Shown here in pieces: positions 38,966 to 53,115 of a stretch of DNA of 64,000 bases. The notes beneath the pieces were generated by a model. That model saw only the letters and a list, made by a program, of their open reading frames with translations. It was not told the origin of the DNA and ran no database searches. The position numbers and the translations under genes were made by a program. Every line of letters begins with the position of its first letter. The stretch's first letter is position 1. Origin of the DNA: Chiloscyllium plagiosum (lineage: Eukaryota); contig NC_057718.1 in NCBI RefSeq assembly GCF_004010195.1, positions 51,654,373 to 51,718,372 on the forward strand, given 5' to 3'.

Positions 38966-40490
38966 AATAGACAATAGACAATAGGTGCAGGAGGCCATTC
39001 TGCCCTTCGAGCCTGCACCACCATTCAATATGATCATGGCTGATCATCCTTAATCATCCTTGTTCCTGCCTTATCTCCATAACCCTTGATTCCACTATCC
39101 TTGAGAGCTCTATCCAACTCTTTCTTAAATGAATCCAGAGACTGGGCCTCCACTGCCCTCTGGGGCAGAGCATTCCACACAGCCACCACTCTCTGGGTGA
39201 AGAAGTTTCTCCTCATCTCTGTCCTAAATGGTCTACCCCATATTTTTAAGCTGTGTCCTCTGCTTCGGCACTCACCCATCAGCGGAAACATGTTTCCTGC
39301 CTCCAGAGTGTCCAANNNNNNNNNNNNNNNNNNNNNNNNNNNNNNNNNNNNNNNNNNNNNNNNNNNNNNNNNNNNNNNNNNNNNNNNNNNNNNNNNNNNN
39401 NNNNNNNNNNNNNNNNNNNNNNNNNNNNNNNNNNNNNNNNNNNNNNNNNNNNNNNNNNNNNNNNNNNNNNNNNNNNNNNNNNNNNNNNNNNNNNNNNNNN
39501 NNNNNNNNNNNNNNNNNNNNNNNNNNNNNNNNNNNNNNNNNNNNNNNNNNNNNNNNNNNNNNNNNNNNNNNNNNNNNNNNNNNNNNNNNNNNNNNNNNNN
39601 NNNNNNNNNNNNNNNNNNNNNNNNNNNNNNNNNNNNNNNNNNNNNNNNNNNNNNNNNNNNNNNNNNNNNNNNNNNNNNNNNNNNNNNNNNNNNNNNNNNN
39701 NNNNNNNNNNNNNNNNNNNNNNNNNNNNNNNNNNNNNNNNNNNNNNNNNNNNNNNNNNNNNNNNNNNNNNNNNNNNNNNNNNNNNNNNNNNNNNNNNNNN
39801 NNNNNNNNNNNNNNNNNNNNNNNNNNNNNNNNNNNNNNNNNNNNNNNNNNNNNNNNNNNNNNNNNNNNNNNNNNNNNNNNNNNNNNNNNNNNNNNNNNNN
39901 NNNNNNNNNNNNNNNNNNNNNNNNNNNNNNNNNNNNNNNNNNNNNNNNNNNNNNNNNNNNNNNNNNNNNNNNNNNNNNNNNNNNNNNNNNNNNNNNNNNN
40001 NCCACATTAAGCTGCATCTGCCATGCATCTGACCACTCACCTAACTTGTCCAGGTCACCCTGTAATCTCCTAATATCCTCCTCACATTTCACCCTGCTAC
40101 CCAGCTTAGTATCATCAGCAAATTTGCTAATGTTATTACTAATACCATCTTCTATATCATGAACATATATTGTAAAAAGCTGCGGTCCCAGTACTGATCC
40201 CTGCGGTACCCCACTGGTCACGGTCTGCCATTCTGAAATGGAGCCGTTTATCACTTTGTTTCCTGTCAGCCAACCAATTTTCAATCCAAGTTAGTACTTT
40301 GCCCCCAATACTATGCGCCCTAATTTTGCTCACTAATCTCCTATGTGGGACTTTATCAAAAGCTTTCTGAAAGTCCAGGTACACTACATCTACTGGATCT
40401 CCCTCGTCCATCTTCAGAGTTACATCCTCAAAAAATTCCAGAAGATTAGTCAAGCGTGATTTCCCCTTCATAAATCCATGCTGACTCTGA
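38966..40490 (-). mobile_element. Young CR1 LINE spanning the assembly gap, nested in an older CR1 tail
   Basis: QHGFMKGKSRLTNLLEFFE, YLDFQKAFDKVPH, SGVPQGSVLGPQLF, KFADDTKL and FFTQRVVAVWNALP. (ATAGACA)n tail. Confidence 0.93.
39316..40001. other. Assembly gap (686 N)
   Basis: Run of N. Confidence 1.
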
Positions 40491-40494
40491 ACTC

Positions 40495-41075
40495 GATCAT
40501 GCTGAGCAAGTTTCCCAAAGTAAATCAGTTCCACTTGCCTGTGCTTGTCCATATTCATTTCCATTTCCTAAACTTTTCCTATTCATTTACCTGTACAAAT
40601 ATCCTTTCAATGTTGTAACTCTATCTGCATCTACCACTTCCACTGGCAGGTTACTCCACATATGAACCATCCTTTGTGCGAAAAAGTTGTTCCTCTGGTC
40701 CCTTTTAAATCTTTCACCTCTCAACTTAAAAATACACCCTCTAGTTTTGACGGTATTCACCCTCGGAAAAGGCCATTGCTATTCACCTTATCTATGATCC
40801 TCATGATCTTAGAAACCTTTATATCTCTTACCCCTCAACCACTATGTTCCAATGAAAGAAGTCCCAGCCTATCCAGCTTCTCCTTATAACTTAAACTCTC
40901 TCGTCCCAGCGACATCCTGATGAATCTTTTCTGAACCCTCTCCAATTTAATAATATCCTTTCTATAGTTGGGCAACCACAAATGTACACAATACTTCAAA
41001 AGTGGACTCACCAACTTCTTGTGCAACCTCAACATGACATCCCAACTCTTGTACTCAATTGTCTGAGCAATGAAG
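40495..41075 (-). mobile_element. Older CR1 LINE 3' end; its tail continues at 38925-38965
   Basis: MLRLHKKLVSPLLKYCVHLW...KDIIKLERVQKRFIRM. Confidence 0.85.
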
Positions 41076-42469
41076 GTATTATATGAATTAATAATAATGC
41101 TAATTATAAAGCAGTGAGATAAATTATTATTGACATTATGAATTCTGGAGTGAGGGAGTAAGTCTCTGTTTTTGATATATTATAAAAGTTTGCAGCAAAA
41201 GAATATATAGTCATCTCTGTTTTCCACTAATACTAATCAATGCTTAAGCAGACTCTCAACGAATAAGACTCTTGGAACATATTGTTCTTTTTCATGAATA
41301 TGGGGTTAGTTAACGAAGTTTGAAAATAATTAACGGATTTAAATCAGGTTGATTATACTGAAAATAAGAATTGTGAAACACAAGTCATTAGAGTTCATAA
41401 AGGCAGACTGGTCAATCCATGATTCTCTGAAGCAACACTACTTTCACACTTTTCAAGCACTATATTGGTTCATAATTGGGAGAAGGATCATCAAAATTCT
41501 TTGTGGAATGAGCAAAATAAAATGCCCTGAACAAAAACATCATCACTCACTATCCAGACAGCTTTTGGTACATCTAATTTGAAATCTACTCCCACTGGCA
41601 ATTTACACAGAAGAAATAACATTACTGCTGATAAGCCGACCACATTTCATTTAAAAGTGAATATAAGAATATTTCAATCATCCATTTATCTGTCACATTT
41701 CAATTTATCTTATGTTACCCCTGTCAGGTACTTTGGTTTATGTACAATAATTTAACTATACAAGTTGCCAGCAGAATTCTGAATTATGAGAAACTGCTTC
41801 CTCCGTATTTCCCTAAGCTGTCATAGTGCCTGTCATAACATGGCTTTAACATTTCCTCAATTGCTTATCAACTCAGAGTGATTTGTTTTTATTTATCCCC
41901 ATCTTCAGCAAACTTGTGATTTTCTTCATTTTAGAACTTCTTGGCAAATAGTGTAAATACTCACATAACAGCCAAATTTCCAAGAGTCATTGAGCCTAGA
42001 AATAGGATTTGACTTCCACATGAGAAGCAGTTTCAAATGGTTGAACTACACTCTGTCTCATCATCTTGCTCTTGCAGCATTACCCAGTTAGAGACTGTTC
42101 CCATCAACTCTACCACCAGAGGTTTTACTATTTTTTAAAAATTTGTAAATAAATAATAACCTTCATCGAGACAGATATTAACTTATGTTAATGAACTTCA
42201 TCAACAGCTATGCATTATACAGAAATGCATACAATGCTTTTTTATTCCAGCACAAGAAAGAATACTATTTGGCAACACAGCACACACTGAGTGTGCATTA
42301 AAATTTAGAGAAAATCATCTTCTGCCATGTCCTCAGTATGAAAATAAAAACATTCCGTCTGCTTCATGAATTGCCAATCAATATTTCACAGATGTATCTG
42401 TCCATTACAGTGTTGGTGGGACTGACCATTGCAAACAAATCTAACAATTCAGGACTGGGCATCCATGAG

Positions 42470-43765
42470 GCACTGAGAGCCACCATCAAAAGCAGAACTG
42501 TGCTCAAACACAATCTGTAACCTCATGACTTCTATATCTCCCTCTCTACCATTATCATCAAGCCAGGAGATCAAAAGTGTAAGATGGCATGGCAGGAGCA
42601 GCACCATGAATGCTTAAAAATGTGGTGTCAACTTCGTGAAGCTGCAACATGACACGAATTGTGTGCTCAGCAACATAAATGGCAAGTGGGAAACAGGACA
42701 ACAAAACAACTCATGAAAGGAGGAGGCTCTATAAATATTCCCATCCTCGATGATGAGCGAGCCCAATACATCTGTGCAAAAGGTAAGGTCCACAGATTTG
42801 CAAAAGAGCCAATGGAATGACCAAGTTCGGCCTTCTTTGGAATTTCCCACCATCCCACGTACCAACCTTCAGTTAATTTTATTCACTTCATGTGATATCA
42901 AGTCAAACTGAATGCACTCGACATTGCAATGACTTCAGGCCCTGGCAACGTTCCACAATAGTACTGAAGACTTGTGCTCCAAGTCAAACTCTTCCAGTAT
43001 AGCTACAACACTGGCACCAACTTGAAAAATTTTGGTATGCACTGTGCTCCAAAAAACTGAGACCAATCCAACCCACCCAATTATTACCCCAACAGTTTAT
43101 CCTTGATCATCATTGAAGTGATGGAAGAGGTCATCATGCAGTACTTGCTTAGCAAAAAACCTGCTCATTGCCACAGTTTAGGTTCCACCACTGCCACTCA
43201 GCTCCTGATCTTATTACAGCCTTGGTTCCAACATGGGCAAGAATGCTGGACACCAGAGGTAGGTGAGAATCACTACTTATGATGCCAAATCCGTTTTTGA
43301 TTGTGGCATCAATGGGCTTTCGCAAACCTGGAGTCAATGAGAGTCGGGGGAAAGCTCTCCTCTGGTTGGATTCATGACTGGCACAAAGGAAAATGGTTCT
43401 ACTTCTTGAAGCTCAGCCGTCTCAGCTCAGGGACATCACCAAAGGAGTTACTTAGGACAGTATCCTATGCCCAACCATCTACAACTACTTTGTCAATGAT
43501 CTTTCCTCTATCATAACCTCAGAAGTGGCGATGTTCACCAATGATTGCACAATGTTCAGCACCACTTGTGATTCTTCAGATATTGAAGCAGTCCGTGTCC
43601 AAAAGCAGCAAGACATGGACAATATTCAAGCTTGGGCTGACAAGCAGCAAGCAACATTTGCAACACACAAGTGCCAAGGAATGATTATCTCAAGAGAATC
43701 TAACCATCACTCCTTCACATTCAACAGAATACCCCACTATCAATATCCTTGGGATTACCACTGAC
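42470..43765 (+). mobile_element. CR1/L2-group LINE RT region (decayed)
   Basis: QFRFHHCHSAPDLITALV and AMFTNDCTMFST...QQDMDNIQAWADKQQATFATHKCQ. Confidence 0.8.
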
Positions 43766-43920
43766 CATAGAACATAGAACAATACAGCGCAGAACAGGCC
43801 CTTCGGCCCTCAATGTTGTGCCGACCAGTGAACTATTCTCAGCTCGTCCCCCTCCACTTCCCATCATCATCCATATGCTCATCCAAAGGTTGTTTAAATC
43901 TCCCTAATGTGGCTGAGAAT
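43766..43920 (-). mobile_element. Short CR1 3' tail
   Basis: catagaacatagaacaatacagcgcagaacaggcccttcggccc. Confidence 0.75.
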
Positions 43921-43969
43921 CTGATGATAATCTACGTCTTGATTTCACCCCAGGCTTCTACGATCCATT

Positions 43970-45110
43970 CACATAGAACATAGAACATTACAGCGCAATA
44001 CAGGCCCTTCGGGCCTTGATGTTGCACCGACCTGTAGAACCAATTTGAAGCCCATATAACCTACACTATTCCATTCTCGTCCATATGCCTATCCAATGAC
44101 CATTTAAATGCCCTAAAGTTGGCAATGCGATCCACGCTCCTGCTACTCTCTGAGTAAAGAAACTACCTCTGACATCTGACCTATATCTATCACTCCTCAA
44201 TTTGAAGCTATGCCCCTTCTTGTTAGCCATCATCATCAGAGGAAGAAGGCTCTCACTGTCCAACCTATCTAACCCTCTGATTATCTTATATGTCTCAATT
44301 AAGTCGTCTCTCAACCTTCTTCTGTCTAATGAGAAAGCCTCAAGTCCCTCAGCCTTTCCTCATAAGACCTTCCCTCCATACCAGGCAAAATCCTAGTAAA
44401 TCTCCATTAAACCCTTCCCAAAGCCTCCAAATCCTTCCGATAATGTAGTAACCAGAATTGTACGCAATACTCCAAATGTGGCTGCACCAGAGTTGTAGCA
44501 TGATCTCATGGTTCCGAAACTGAATCCCTCTACCAACAAAAGCTAACATATGGCATGCCTTCTTAACAATCCTATCAAACTGGGTGGCAACTTGCACGGC
44601 TCTATGTACCTGGACACCAAGAATCTTACCATTAACCCAGTACTCTGCATTCCTATTACTCCTTCCAAAGTGAATCACACTTTTCCACATTAAACTCCAC
44701 TTGCCACCTCTGCATCTTATTTATGTCTCTCTGCAACCTACAACATCCTTTGTCACTGTCCACAATTCTGCTGACTATAGTGTCATCTGCAAATTTACTA
44801 TCCCATCCTTCTATGACTTCATCCAGGTCATTTATATAAATGATAAACAACAGTGGACCCAAAACAGATCCCAAAACAATTACTAGTGGTACTCAGGATG
44901 AATTATTCCCATCAACCACCACCCCACCCGTCTTCTTTCAGCTAGCCAATTCCTGATCCAAACTGCTAAATCACCTCAATCTCAAGCCTCCATATTTGGT
45001 GCAATAGCCTACTGTGGGGCACCTTATCAAACGCCTTACTGAAATCCATATACATCACACCAACCACTTTTCCCTTATCCATGTGTTTGGTCACCTTCTC
45101 AAAGAACTAC
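43970..45110 (-). mobile_element. CR1 LINE RT C-terminal half and 3' UTR
   Basis: GSVLGPLLFIIYINDLD...SKFADDT, RDDLIETYKIIRGLD and FFTQRVAGAW. Confidence 0.92.
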
Positions 45111-47662
45111 GTTAATGTTGGAGCCCACATGCTGCCTCTTTTAGTGATTATTTTTGCTCCTGTAATTATGCAGTCATTCCACTTTTTTCTCATGATATCT
45201 GTGAAGTCTTTGTTTAGAAAGGCAACCAATAGGTGAACACGGCTGGTTAGATCACTGGGAATTACTGCTTTGAGATCTTGTTTCAGTAGCAATGAAATGA
45301 ATTATAAGTAATTTGAATACATCACAAATCAAAGATTTTTTTAGTTTGTTTTATCCTACCAATCAGAAACTCCAAATTTTCCTCAGCATACTTTCAAACC
45401 ACTTTCATCCATCTATTCTTCCTTAATGATGAGCATAGGAAACTAATCATTTTAACAATTGCTCTTTGATATAATTTTTCTCTTGATATCACCAGAGACT
45501 CAGGCTTTGTTCAATTAGGCATGCACAAGAGGTCAATGGCAACACTACTATTCACAAGGCGAGGTGTCTCACTGCACTGTTTTCTCACCAACTTTGCTCA
45601 CCATTTGATTGGCTGACAAAATTCATGGCAGTTCCCTGTTCTAAAGGAGACTAATTTGGATGTGTTCTTTTGCCAATGATTCATGCAATACCACTGATAT
45701 TCAACAGGCCTTTCATTAAGTTCTGCTGTGAAATCTTAGTCTGCTGTTGCAATATAAAATTGTTTCACTTCATGAACCTGGTATATTTTAAAATCCGCAC
45801 AATTTAATTTTCTTGCTTGTATCAGAATGTGGATCAGACAAGGCCATGACTAATTCAGTCCATTCTTCAAACTTACACTGATGCATTTTTAAGGTCATTT
45901 TCCAATGACAGCCACACCCTAGTCTTTCTTTGGTTTGCATATCTTCTTAGGCACCTGTAGAGAGAATTTCCTCCGATCTCTGGTATTCTTCTCCAATATC
46001 TTAAATTCTCAAACTGCTGCAACATTATTTGACAACGGTAATTTCAACAAATTTAACTTTAATCTAGATCATGTATCTGCTGTTCTTTCTTGATATCATA
46101 TTGCTACATTAGCAGGCAGGATTGTCGGAAACACAAACAAGTGGCGCTGAAATCATATATTGACAAGCCTGAACACCAGGAGCTGAAAAGATGCAATCAA
46201 TGGTGTACCATTCTGTGATTTTATGAAAAAGTAAGTTAACAACAGGATGAGTTTGGCTTTGACCGGGTGTAACGAGGAAGAGTTAGGAAATTTTGTCAGG
46301 ATTGATTTTTACATGAAATCAAACATTACTCAAGTATATGTGGTAATTTCCATACAGTTTGGGGGCTACTGCTCAGGGGTAGATCTCATCATCAGAACAA
46401 ACTTGCAAAAGAAAATATAATGGGGAAACAATGGAATTACTTTCAACATTAATTATCTAACTTTACAATTGAATTTGACTGCCACAACTCTAATTGTGGT
46501 ACATATTTTGTAAATAATTTAATCTTTTTAAAAAAAATTGACACTAGATTTAACAACATGACTCCAAGAAGTCAAAGGACTGTTCTTGTTGATTCATTGC
46601 AGCCAAAAATAAAATACAGACAACTGATGTATTATCTCATCATCAATCAGAAAGGGCACATTTACAATTTGATTAATGCTTGGTCAACAAAATGGATCTT
46701 TTTAAAGATGTAAGACTTCAAAAGTTTCTGAGAGAATAGAACACTGAAAGGACATCACAGGGCATTCCAGTAATTTTAACCTTGCTTTGTGAAACAATGA
46801 TTCAGCAAGTTAACAGAACAGCCTTTTTAAGTTTTGATCTAAGTAAGACAGTCTGTGAGCCATGCTAGAGAGCAGAACTCCAAGAAGAACTCAGACACCA
46901 GAGTAAGAGATCTCAACAGAGTGATGGATGAAGGTAAATTATTAAAAGGTTCAGGTGACCATAGGTCACAACCTGCGGTACTGCGAAAGTGGAAAGGATT
47001 GGTCTTTATTCGCTCCTCGAACCCATTGTGCTCAATCCAACAGTGGAAGCAACTTTCGACTGTTTGACTACAGAAGACATCACAATTGTTGAATACTGAT
47101 TTTCTAGTTTTCAATCCCTTTACCCCAGAAAAATAAAGCTTCAAGCAAGCCAAGTCTTTGATGATAAGAGATCAATTTTATTTCCCTCTTTTAAGTATAT
47201 TTTATCTGTACTGACTGTTAATTTTTATATCTGAATGTTAGTTCATAACTGTTAGACTATGATTCATGACATTCAGCAATAGTTACATAATAAACTAAAT
47301 TCTGATCTTGCTTGAGACTAATGTTTTATTGCTGGCTACCTATAAATAGGAACACTTGAAAATTAAAATGGGGGTGAATGAACTACACAAAAATGTGGAC
47401 ACATCTGGTGGGCTTGTAGCATTTATCAACAGAGGAAAATAAACACAAAGTCTCAATCCCAGCTTGATATCTTCAATATTTTGCTGCTGCAATCTATCCT
47501 GTAAAACATGCATAGCATAAAAAGCTAATTTATTTAGCATGAGAAAAGTGCTTCCTATTTTTCATTTTCTATTAGTTTAGGAATTTTAAAATAGTGCACT
47601 CCCTTTTTTGTAGTAAATGCTTATGATCTTTAAAGAATGGGAACTCAAAGTAGACGCCGCTT

Positions 47663-47710
47663 CCCCCCCCCCCCCCCCCCCACCCTCCCCCGCCACCCCA
47701 CACCCACCCC
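47663..47710. repeat. C-homopolymer / C-rich tract (G-rich on the minus strand)
   Basis: Long C run followed by CACC/CCCC runs. Confidence 0.9.
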
Positions 47711-48496
47711 TGGTGTAGAAACTTGTATGATTTAGTAATACACAAATATACACATTTTTGTTTCATTCTTTAAGCACCTGGACTATATTTCATGTACGTC
47801 GTCTTTCTAACCATTCTAAATATAATTTTGAAAACATCCAAATCCACGAGTTTTTTTTCACTTTTTGAAGTATTATCTGATGATCAGTGCACCAAAGTGT
47901 CACCAAAACTGGATTCTGTATTGAATGATCTCTGTATAAAACCTGAGTTAGGTACAGATGATGGTGCATTGGGCTGCTGCAGAGAAAGAGATACGTTTCA
48001 AGAAGATGGAGCCCATCTCATATAATGGAGGGTTGCCCTACTGTTGGAAAAATTCCATCAGCCCAGTAAAAAAGCTCTTAACCATGCAAATCAGCTGGAA
48101 TGGATGTCCCATTTTTTACTCAACCCACCACTAGGAAAATTCCCTGGCAACGGGAATATACCATGAAGCCACTGCAATCTAATATTCAGCTATTATGCTG
48201 GACTTTTGATTGCCTCCAATCCTGTCATCCCAGAGACAAATAAGTGTAATTCTAAAGAATATTCTCGGAGAGAGGATTCTGAGGTCCACATATTTTGATC
48301 TTTCAAGGTACCAGGACATATGCATGGGCTGGATTTTCATTCCTATATTGGGTAGATTAAAACAAGAAATTCTTTGAATCAATGCAAAGCATTGAGAACC
48401 AGTGCTCTTAAACATGCAATGTGTTTAAGAGCACAAAAATGGGGTTTGTGGGATTGTGGGTAGATGGGTGGGATGAAATGATATGATGGGCAAAAT

Positions 48497-48703
48497 TGAG
48501 CACTGCAGATGCTGGAGATTAGAGCTGAGAGTGTGGTGCTGGAAAATCACAGCCGGTCAGGCAGCATCCGAGGAGCAGGAAAATCAACATTTTGAACAAA
48601 AGCCCTCATTCCTGATGAAGGACTTTTGCCCAAAACATTGATTTTCCTGCTCCTTGGATGCTGCCTGCCCTGCTGTGCTTTTCCAGCACCACATTCTCAA
48701 CTG
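48497..48703. mobile_element. PLE-derived inverted-repeat element
   Basis: gagagtgtggtgctggaaaa...aaaagccct / attcctgatgaaggacttttgccc...ttttccagcaccacattctc. Confidence 0.85.
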
Positions 48704-48997
48704 GAATGATACAATGTTCAGCAGAAACTGAAGGCTAGAGTCAGGCCCACAACATCAGACTGACTTTAATGTATTCTGCAGCCTTTTTTGCTGCCAAGTA
48801 TCAAGAATAGATGCTTAAAAGACGTGCCTCAGCTCTCTGAGACTTTGTCACAGTTGTCTTTTTAAATATTTGGCCCTCGTGCCCTCATCATTTCCAGCCA
48901 ATTTACTCATTCATGTATTTCCTATCCATTCATTGCAAATTCACACTCTCCCACCTTCCTTTGCCCTACACACCTGTGAAAACTCAGCCAATTCATT

Positions 48998-49335
48998 GGG
49001 TGGCATGATGGCTCAATGGTTAGCATTGTTGCCTTACAGTGCCAGGGACTCGGGTTCGATTCCAGCCTCAGGTGACTATCTGTGTGGAGTTTGCACGTTC
49101 TCCCTGTGTCTGCATGGGTTTCCTCTATGTGCTCTGATTTCCTCCCACAGTCCAAAAATGTGCAGGTTAGGTGAATTGACCACACTAAATTGCCCATAGT
49201 GTTCAGGGATGTGTAGGTTGGGTGCATTAGTCAGGAGTAATGTAGGGTAAGGGAATAGCTCTGGTGGGTTGCTCTTCGGAAGGTTGGTGAGGACTTGTTG
49301 GGCCAAATGGCCTGTTTCCACGCTGTAGGGATGAT
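48998..49335 (+). mobile_element. HE1-type V-SINE
   Basis: gggtggcatgatggctcaatggttagc, gggttcgattcc, V-domain and tail gggccaaatggcctgtttccacgctgta. Confidence 0.9.
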
Positions 49336-50394
49336 ACTGAGAGCAGAATTCATCAAGATTAAATAAACATCTGCATTTTTTTACTGTTTTCACTATGATA
49401 AACAAATATTCCTACTAATGAAAGCACATTTGTAACTTAAAAAGCACTTTCAGTACTTAACAAATAGACCTGCACTTACAATACCACAGTAAAGGCAGCT
49501 GATGCTTCAATAACTTTTTTGATCTATTACTCAAACTGTGAACTTACAAACCCCTGTTGGGATAACTGCAGATTGTGAACAGGAACCAAAACATGAATAG
49601 TAATATAATAATAGCACTTATTGTAATGTCAACAAATAGTGCTGTAATTGCTAGAACACTTTTTTAACTCTCACCAACAGAAGATGGCTGACTGATAAAA
49701 ATATTATGCAGATGGGGATATAAATAAATTTACAGATTTATATTTTCACACTCACTAACACATAAACGTATGTTCTGTTTAATTTTTTAAGGCATTGGTA
49801 ATGCAAATAATTTGACAGCTTGTTAGTTCTACAACCCTTCTCCACTGATCATGCGTATTTACATCTGCTCCATAAATTCACATCTCCCACATTGTGAAGG
49901 ATTAGGTCCTTGCTATATTAAAATGGAGTATATTTGAATTTGTTACTGAGTTCAAATAGCCCAACTGAGTTTAGGTTTCACTCATGTGAATCATGCTCCT
50001 CACCTTATCCAACCAGGAAACATGGGACCTATCAAGCTGCCATGACCTGGATCCAGGTCAAGCTGCTATTTTAATGGCCAAGACTCTACATCAATTATTA
50101 ATTAATTAGGAACCCATTCGTGGATACAAATCATCTGGGATTGAGAGTTTTAAAAGTAATGTTACTTACTTAAAAAACAGGAAAGTGAATCTTTATAGAG
50201 TTTATTCACAAGCATATTCCAGCCATTCCTAAACACACATTATAACAAAATTGTGAGAGTGCAGAGGAAACTTATTAAAAAGGTTTCTGTGATGGAGGGT
50301 TCAGCAACAAAATTAGGTTGGAGAAGACAGAATTGTTCTCCTTGGAGCAAAGGAGGTATCACAGTGTTTTAACAGAGATGGAAAAGATCATAAT

Positions 50395-50552
50395 CAGAGC
50401 AAAATAGTACAGATGTAGGAAATCTGAAAAAAAAACACAATGAAACAGATAAAAAAGGCTGGACAAACCTGGCAGATCTGGCAGCATCAGTGGAGAGAGA
50501 AACAAGAGTTAATGTTTTAAGTTGGATATTACTCTTCTTCAGTTCTGATGAA
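50395..50552 (-). mobile_element. Old PLE-tail fragment within a decayed CR1
   Basis: gcagatctggcagcatcagtggagagagaaacaagagttaatgttt...ctcttcttcagttctgatgaagag. Confidence 0.6.
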
Positions 50553-51949
50553 GAGACAAACCAGACTTGGAACTTTAACTGTATCAGAGATTGCAACAGA
50601 TTTAGATAAAATAGACAAAGAAAGGCTTTCAACACTCTGCAGAAACACTCTGTCATTTTATTTTTGCAGCAATTCAGAAAATGCTGGCAAATTGGTTATT
50701 TATATCCAGGTTCTCAAAGAGCACCGCTTTGAATTTCTGATGCTTGAAATTAGAATACTAATGCAATTTTACAAAATACATTGTCTATTATTTAACAACA
50801 CTTCAAACTTTTTTAAAAACATACTTCACTTCCTTTATGAAAAGACCAGGCAAGGGAATTTCATACATATCATTGTAACTTAATTATACAAATACAGAAA
50901 GTAATTAAGAGCACACAAGAGAAGGGTTAGGGACAAGTCTTCTAGGATACTTGGAAAAACAGGGACGTTTGGTGGTGTTGCAATCTAAAGCATTGTTTTG
51001 GAATGTATTATCACTCCTACCACTTGTCTAATACCAAAGAAACTTTTCAGGTGACATGTATAACCACCAGGGACATAATCATGAAAACAGAAGTCTTCTG
51101 ATAATCATGTAAATGACATAAGCATCACCTGCACACCATCCGTGGAATACATTTTTAATACTACTTTCACGAAATAAAATCTGTCACCAAAATCAAACAT
51201 TTTGCATGCTAAAAATGTGAAACAAAACAGTAAAATTTGGTAAAACTCAGCAAGTCAGGCAGCATCTGTAGAAAAAATGAAATTCAACTTTTAGGTCAAC
51301 GACCTTTCACCACAACCATCAGAAAATTAGTCTCATTCAGCTGCCAGGTGGTAAGCTCAAATAATATACAAAGGCAAACGGAATCACTTGATCAATCAGA
51401 ATTGAACTACGATTTTGTTCTTCTTGAATTCATCAGGATTAAACTAATCCATATCAATGTAGGTTTAAAATATAATTCAGAATGTAACTGCATGATACAC
51501 CAAAGCACCAATTGCAGCTTGTTAATCGCTGCCTTGTACTATTGATTTAAATGAATGGTGCTCCATCAAATCTAAACTCTTCTTTATCCTCCTTTTGTGA
51601 GCTGAAGGGCCCACTGTCTCATCGTGTTAATTATTCGTGGCCAAAATTAATTACATCAAACTATTCAAAACCATCATACAAAGGAATTCACTTTGTTACT
51701 GGATGACATGCTTGAAAAAATATATAATCTGATACCCCAGTCCATGGTTAATCTTGAAAAGCTGCAACTAGAAGCTGAGCTGGTTATGATACCAAACTAA
51801 AACTGTGACACAACTGAAGCTAACGTATTGAATGCAGAAAGTGCTTGCAATCACCTGAGCAAGGGAGCCTGATACTATTTAGGCTCAACATTGATTGAGG
51901 TTTAACAGCCAACAATATCAACACATCTTTCAATTCAGTATCAGCAAGT

Positions 51950-52085
51950 TCCAAGGAAGGGTCACTGGACTCAAAACGTTAACTCTGTTTTCATACATGC
52001 TACCAGACTTACTTAGTTTCTCCAGCAATTTCTGGTTTTATTTGTTTCAAATCCCCAGCATCTGTATTTCTTGGTTTTATTTTTA
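51950..52085 (+). mobile_element. Old PLE-tail fragment
   Basis: ggaagggtcactggactcaaaacgttaactctg...tttctccagcaatttctg...ccagcatctg. Confidence 0.6.
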
Positions 52086-52404
52086 AATATCAATAAGCAA
52101 TGATCTTCCCATCAGCTCCTTGCCTACAGTATAAATGTAAGCCACACTTCAATGTTGCTCAGCAGAAAGCAGCAAATCATAACTGATTTCATAGAGTGTG
52201 CAGATGAACTACATCTAGATAGCACTGACATATGTTATGGTGCTAACTTTAACGTGCCCCTTTTCATAGTTTAAGAGACAGTCACTGTCCTACATTAATT
52301 GGATAGCTGCATGTTTAATGCAGCTAACCACCAGGAAAGGGAGTCTATTAGTTTGGAATGAGCAAGTTTTTCTAAAAGGACCGAAGGAGATCAGGATTTG
52401 AGTA

Positions 52405-52481
52405 AAGTTACAAATCACACAACACCAGGTTATAGGATTTGTACTTTTTTGTACACCCCAGTCCAACACCGGCACCTCCAA
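52405..52481. mobile_element. 77-bp insertion with a 15-bp target duplication (probably PLE-derived)
   Basis: Perfect direct repeat atcaggatttgagta at 52390-52404 and 52482-52496. Confidence 0.65.
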
Positions 52482-52994
52482 ATCAGGATTTGAGTAGATT
52501 GCTGTTACATAAAATACCTACTTAATTTCTACAGCAGCTTCCAGCAGTCCTTTTAAGAACTGCCTTTTCAGGTGATCCATGTCCAGGGTCATGAGCAGGG
52601 TATGCACAGAGCCTATTCCATCCATGGTAAATTAACATTGATTGGATGGCTTGCTGACAACATACACTGTAATACATTGAGATTCCAATTAGTTTCTCAG
52701 AGAAACCTGGGTTAGCTATCCTGGAGATAAGTACCATTTTGTCAGGATTGTTCTTGAAAGGGCCAAAGTGTCAACCATGGTGAACATGCTGACTTCCAAT
52801 GCAAGTTGTTGGATACCAAAATGTGGAAGTCACTGAGTGCGCCACCAGCATGCACAGCAGACAGGTCATAATGTCAATGTTTACCACTTATTTAAAGATA
52901 GCAATGTCATTTCTGGAATTCAATTCTCCAGCAAACACTGCACCTACATTGCATATGTAACATGGAACAATGGCTCGACCATCCATTTAAACAG

Positions 52995-53115
52995 GGAGAA
53001 AGAGAGGACTGCAGATGCTGGAGATCAGAGCTGAAAAATGTGTTGCTGGAAAAGCGCAGCAGGTCAGGGAGCATCCAAGGAGCAGGAGAATCGACATTTC
53101 GGGCATAAGCCCTTC
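52995..53115 (-). mobile_element. PLE-tail insertion with a 13-bp TSD
   Basis: tccatttaaacag at 52982-52994 and 53116-53128; the body matches the other PLE-tail copies. Confidence 0.85.

Noticed and set aside
39034..40284. Long ORFs of 253-416 aa
   Set aside because: They are artefacts of reading through the N gap.
52700..52860. RTE LINE fragment (VLERAKVSTMVNML)
   Set aside because: A single short motif is insufficient.
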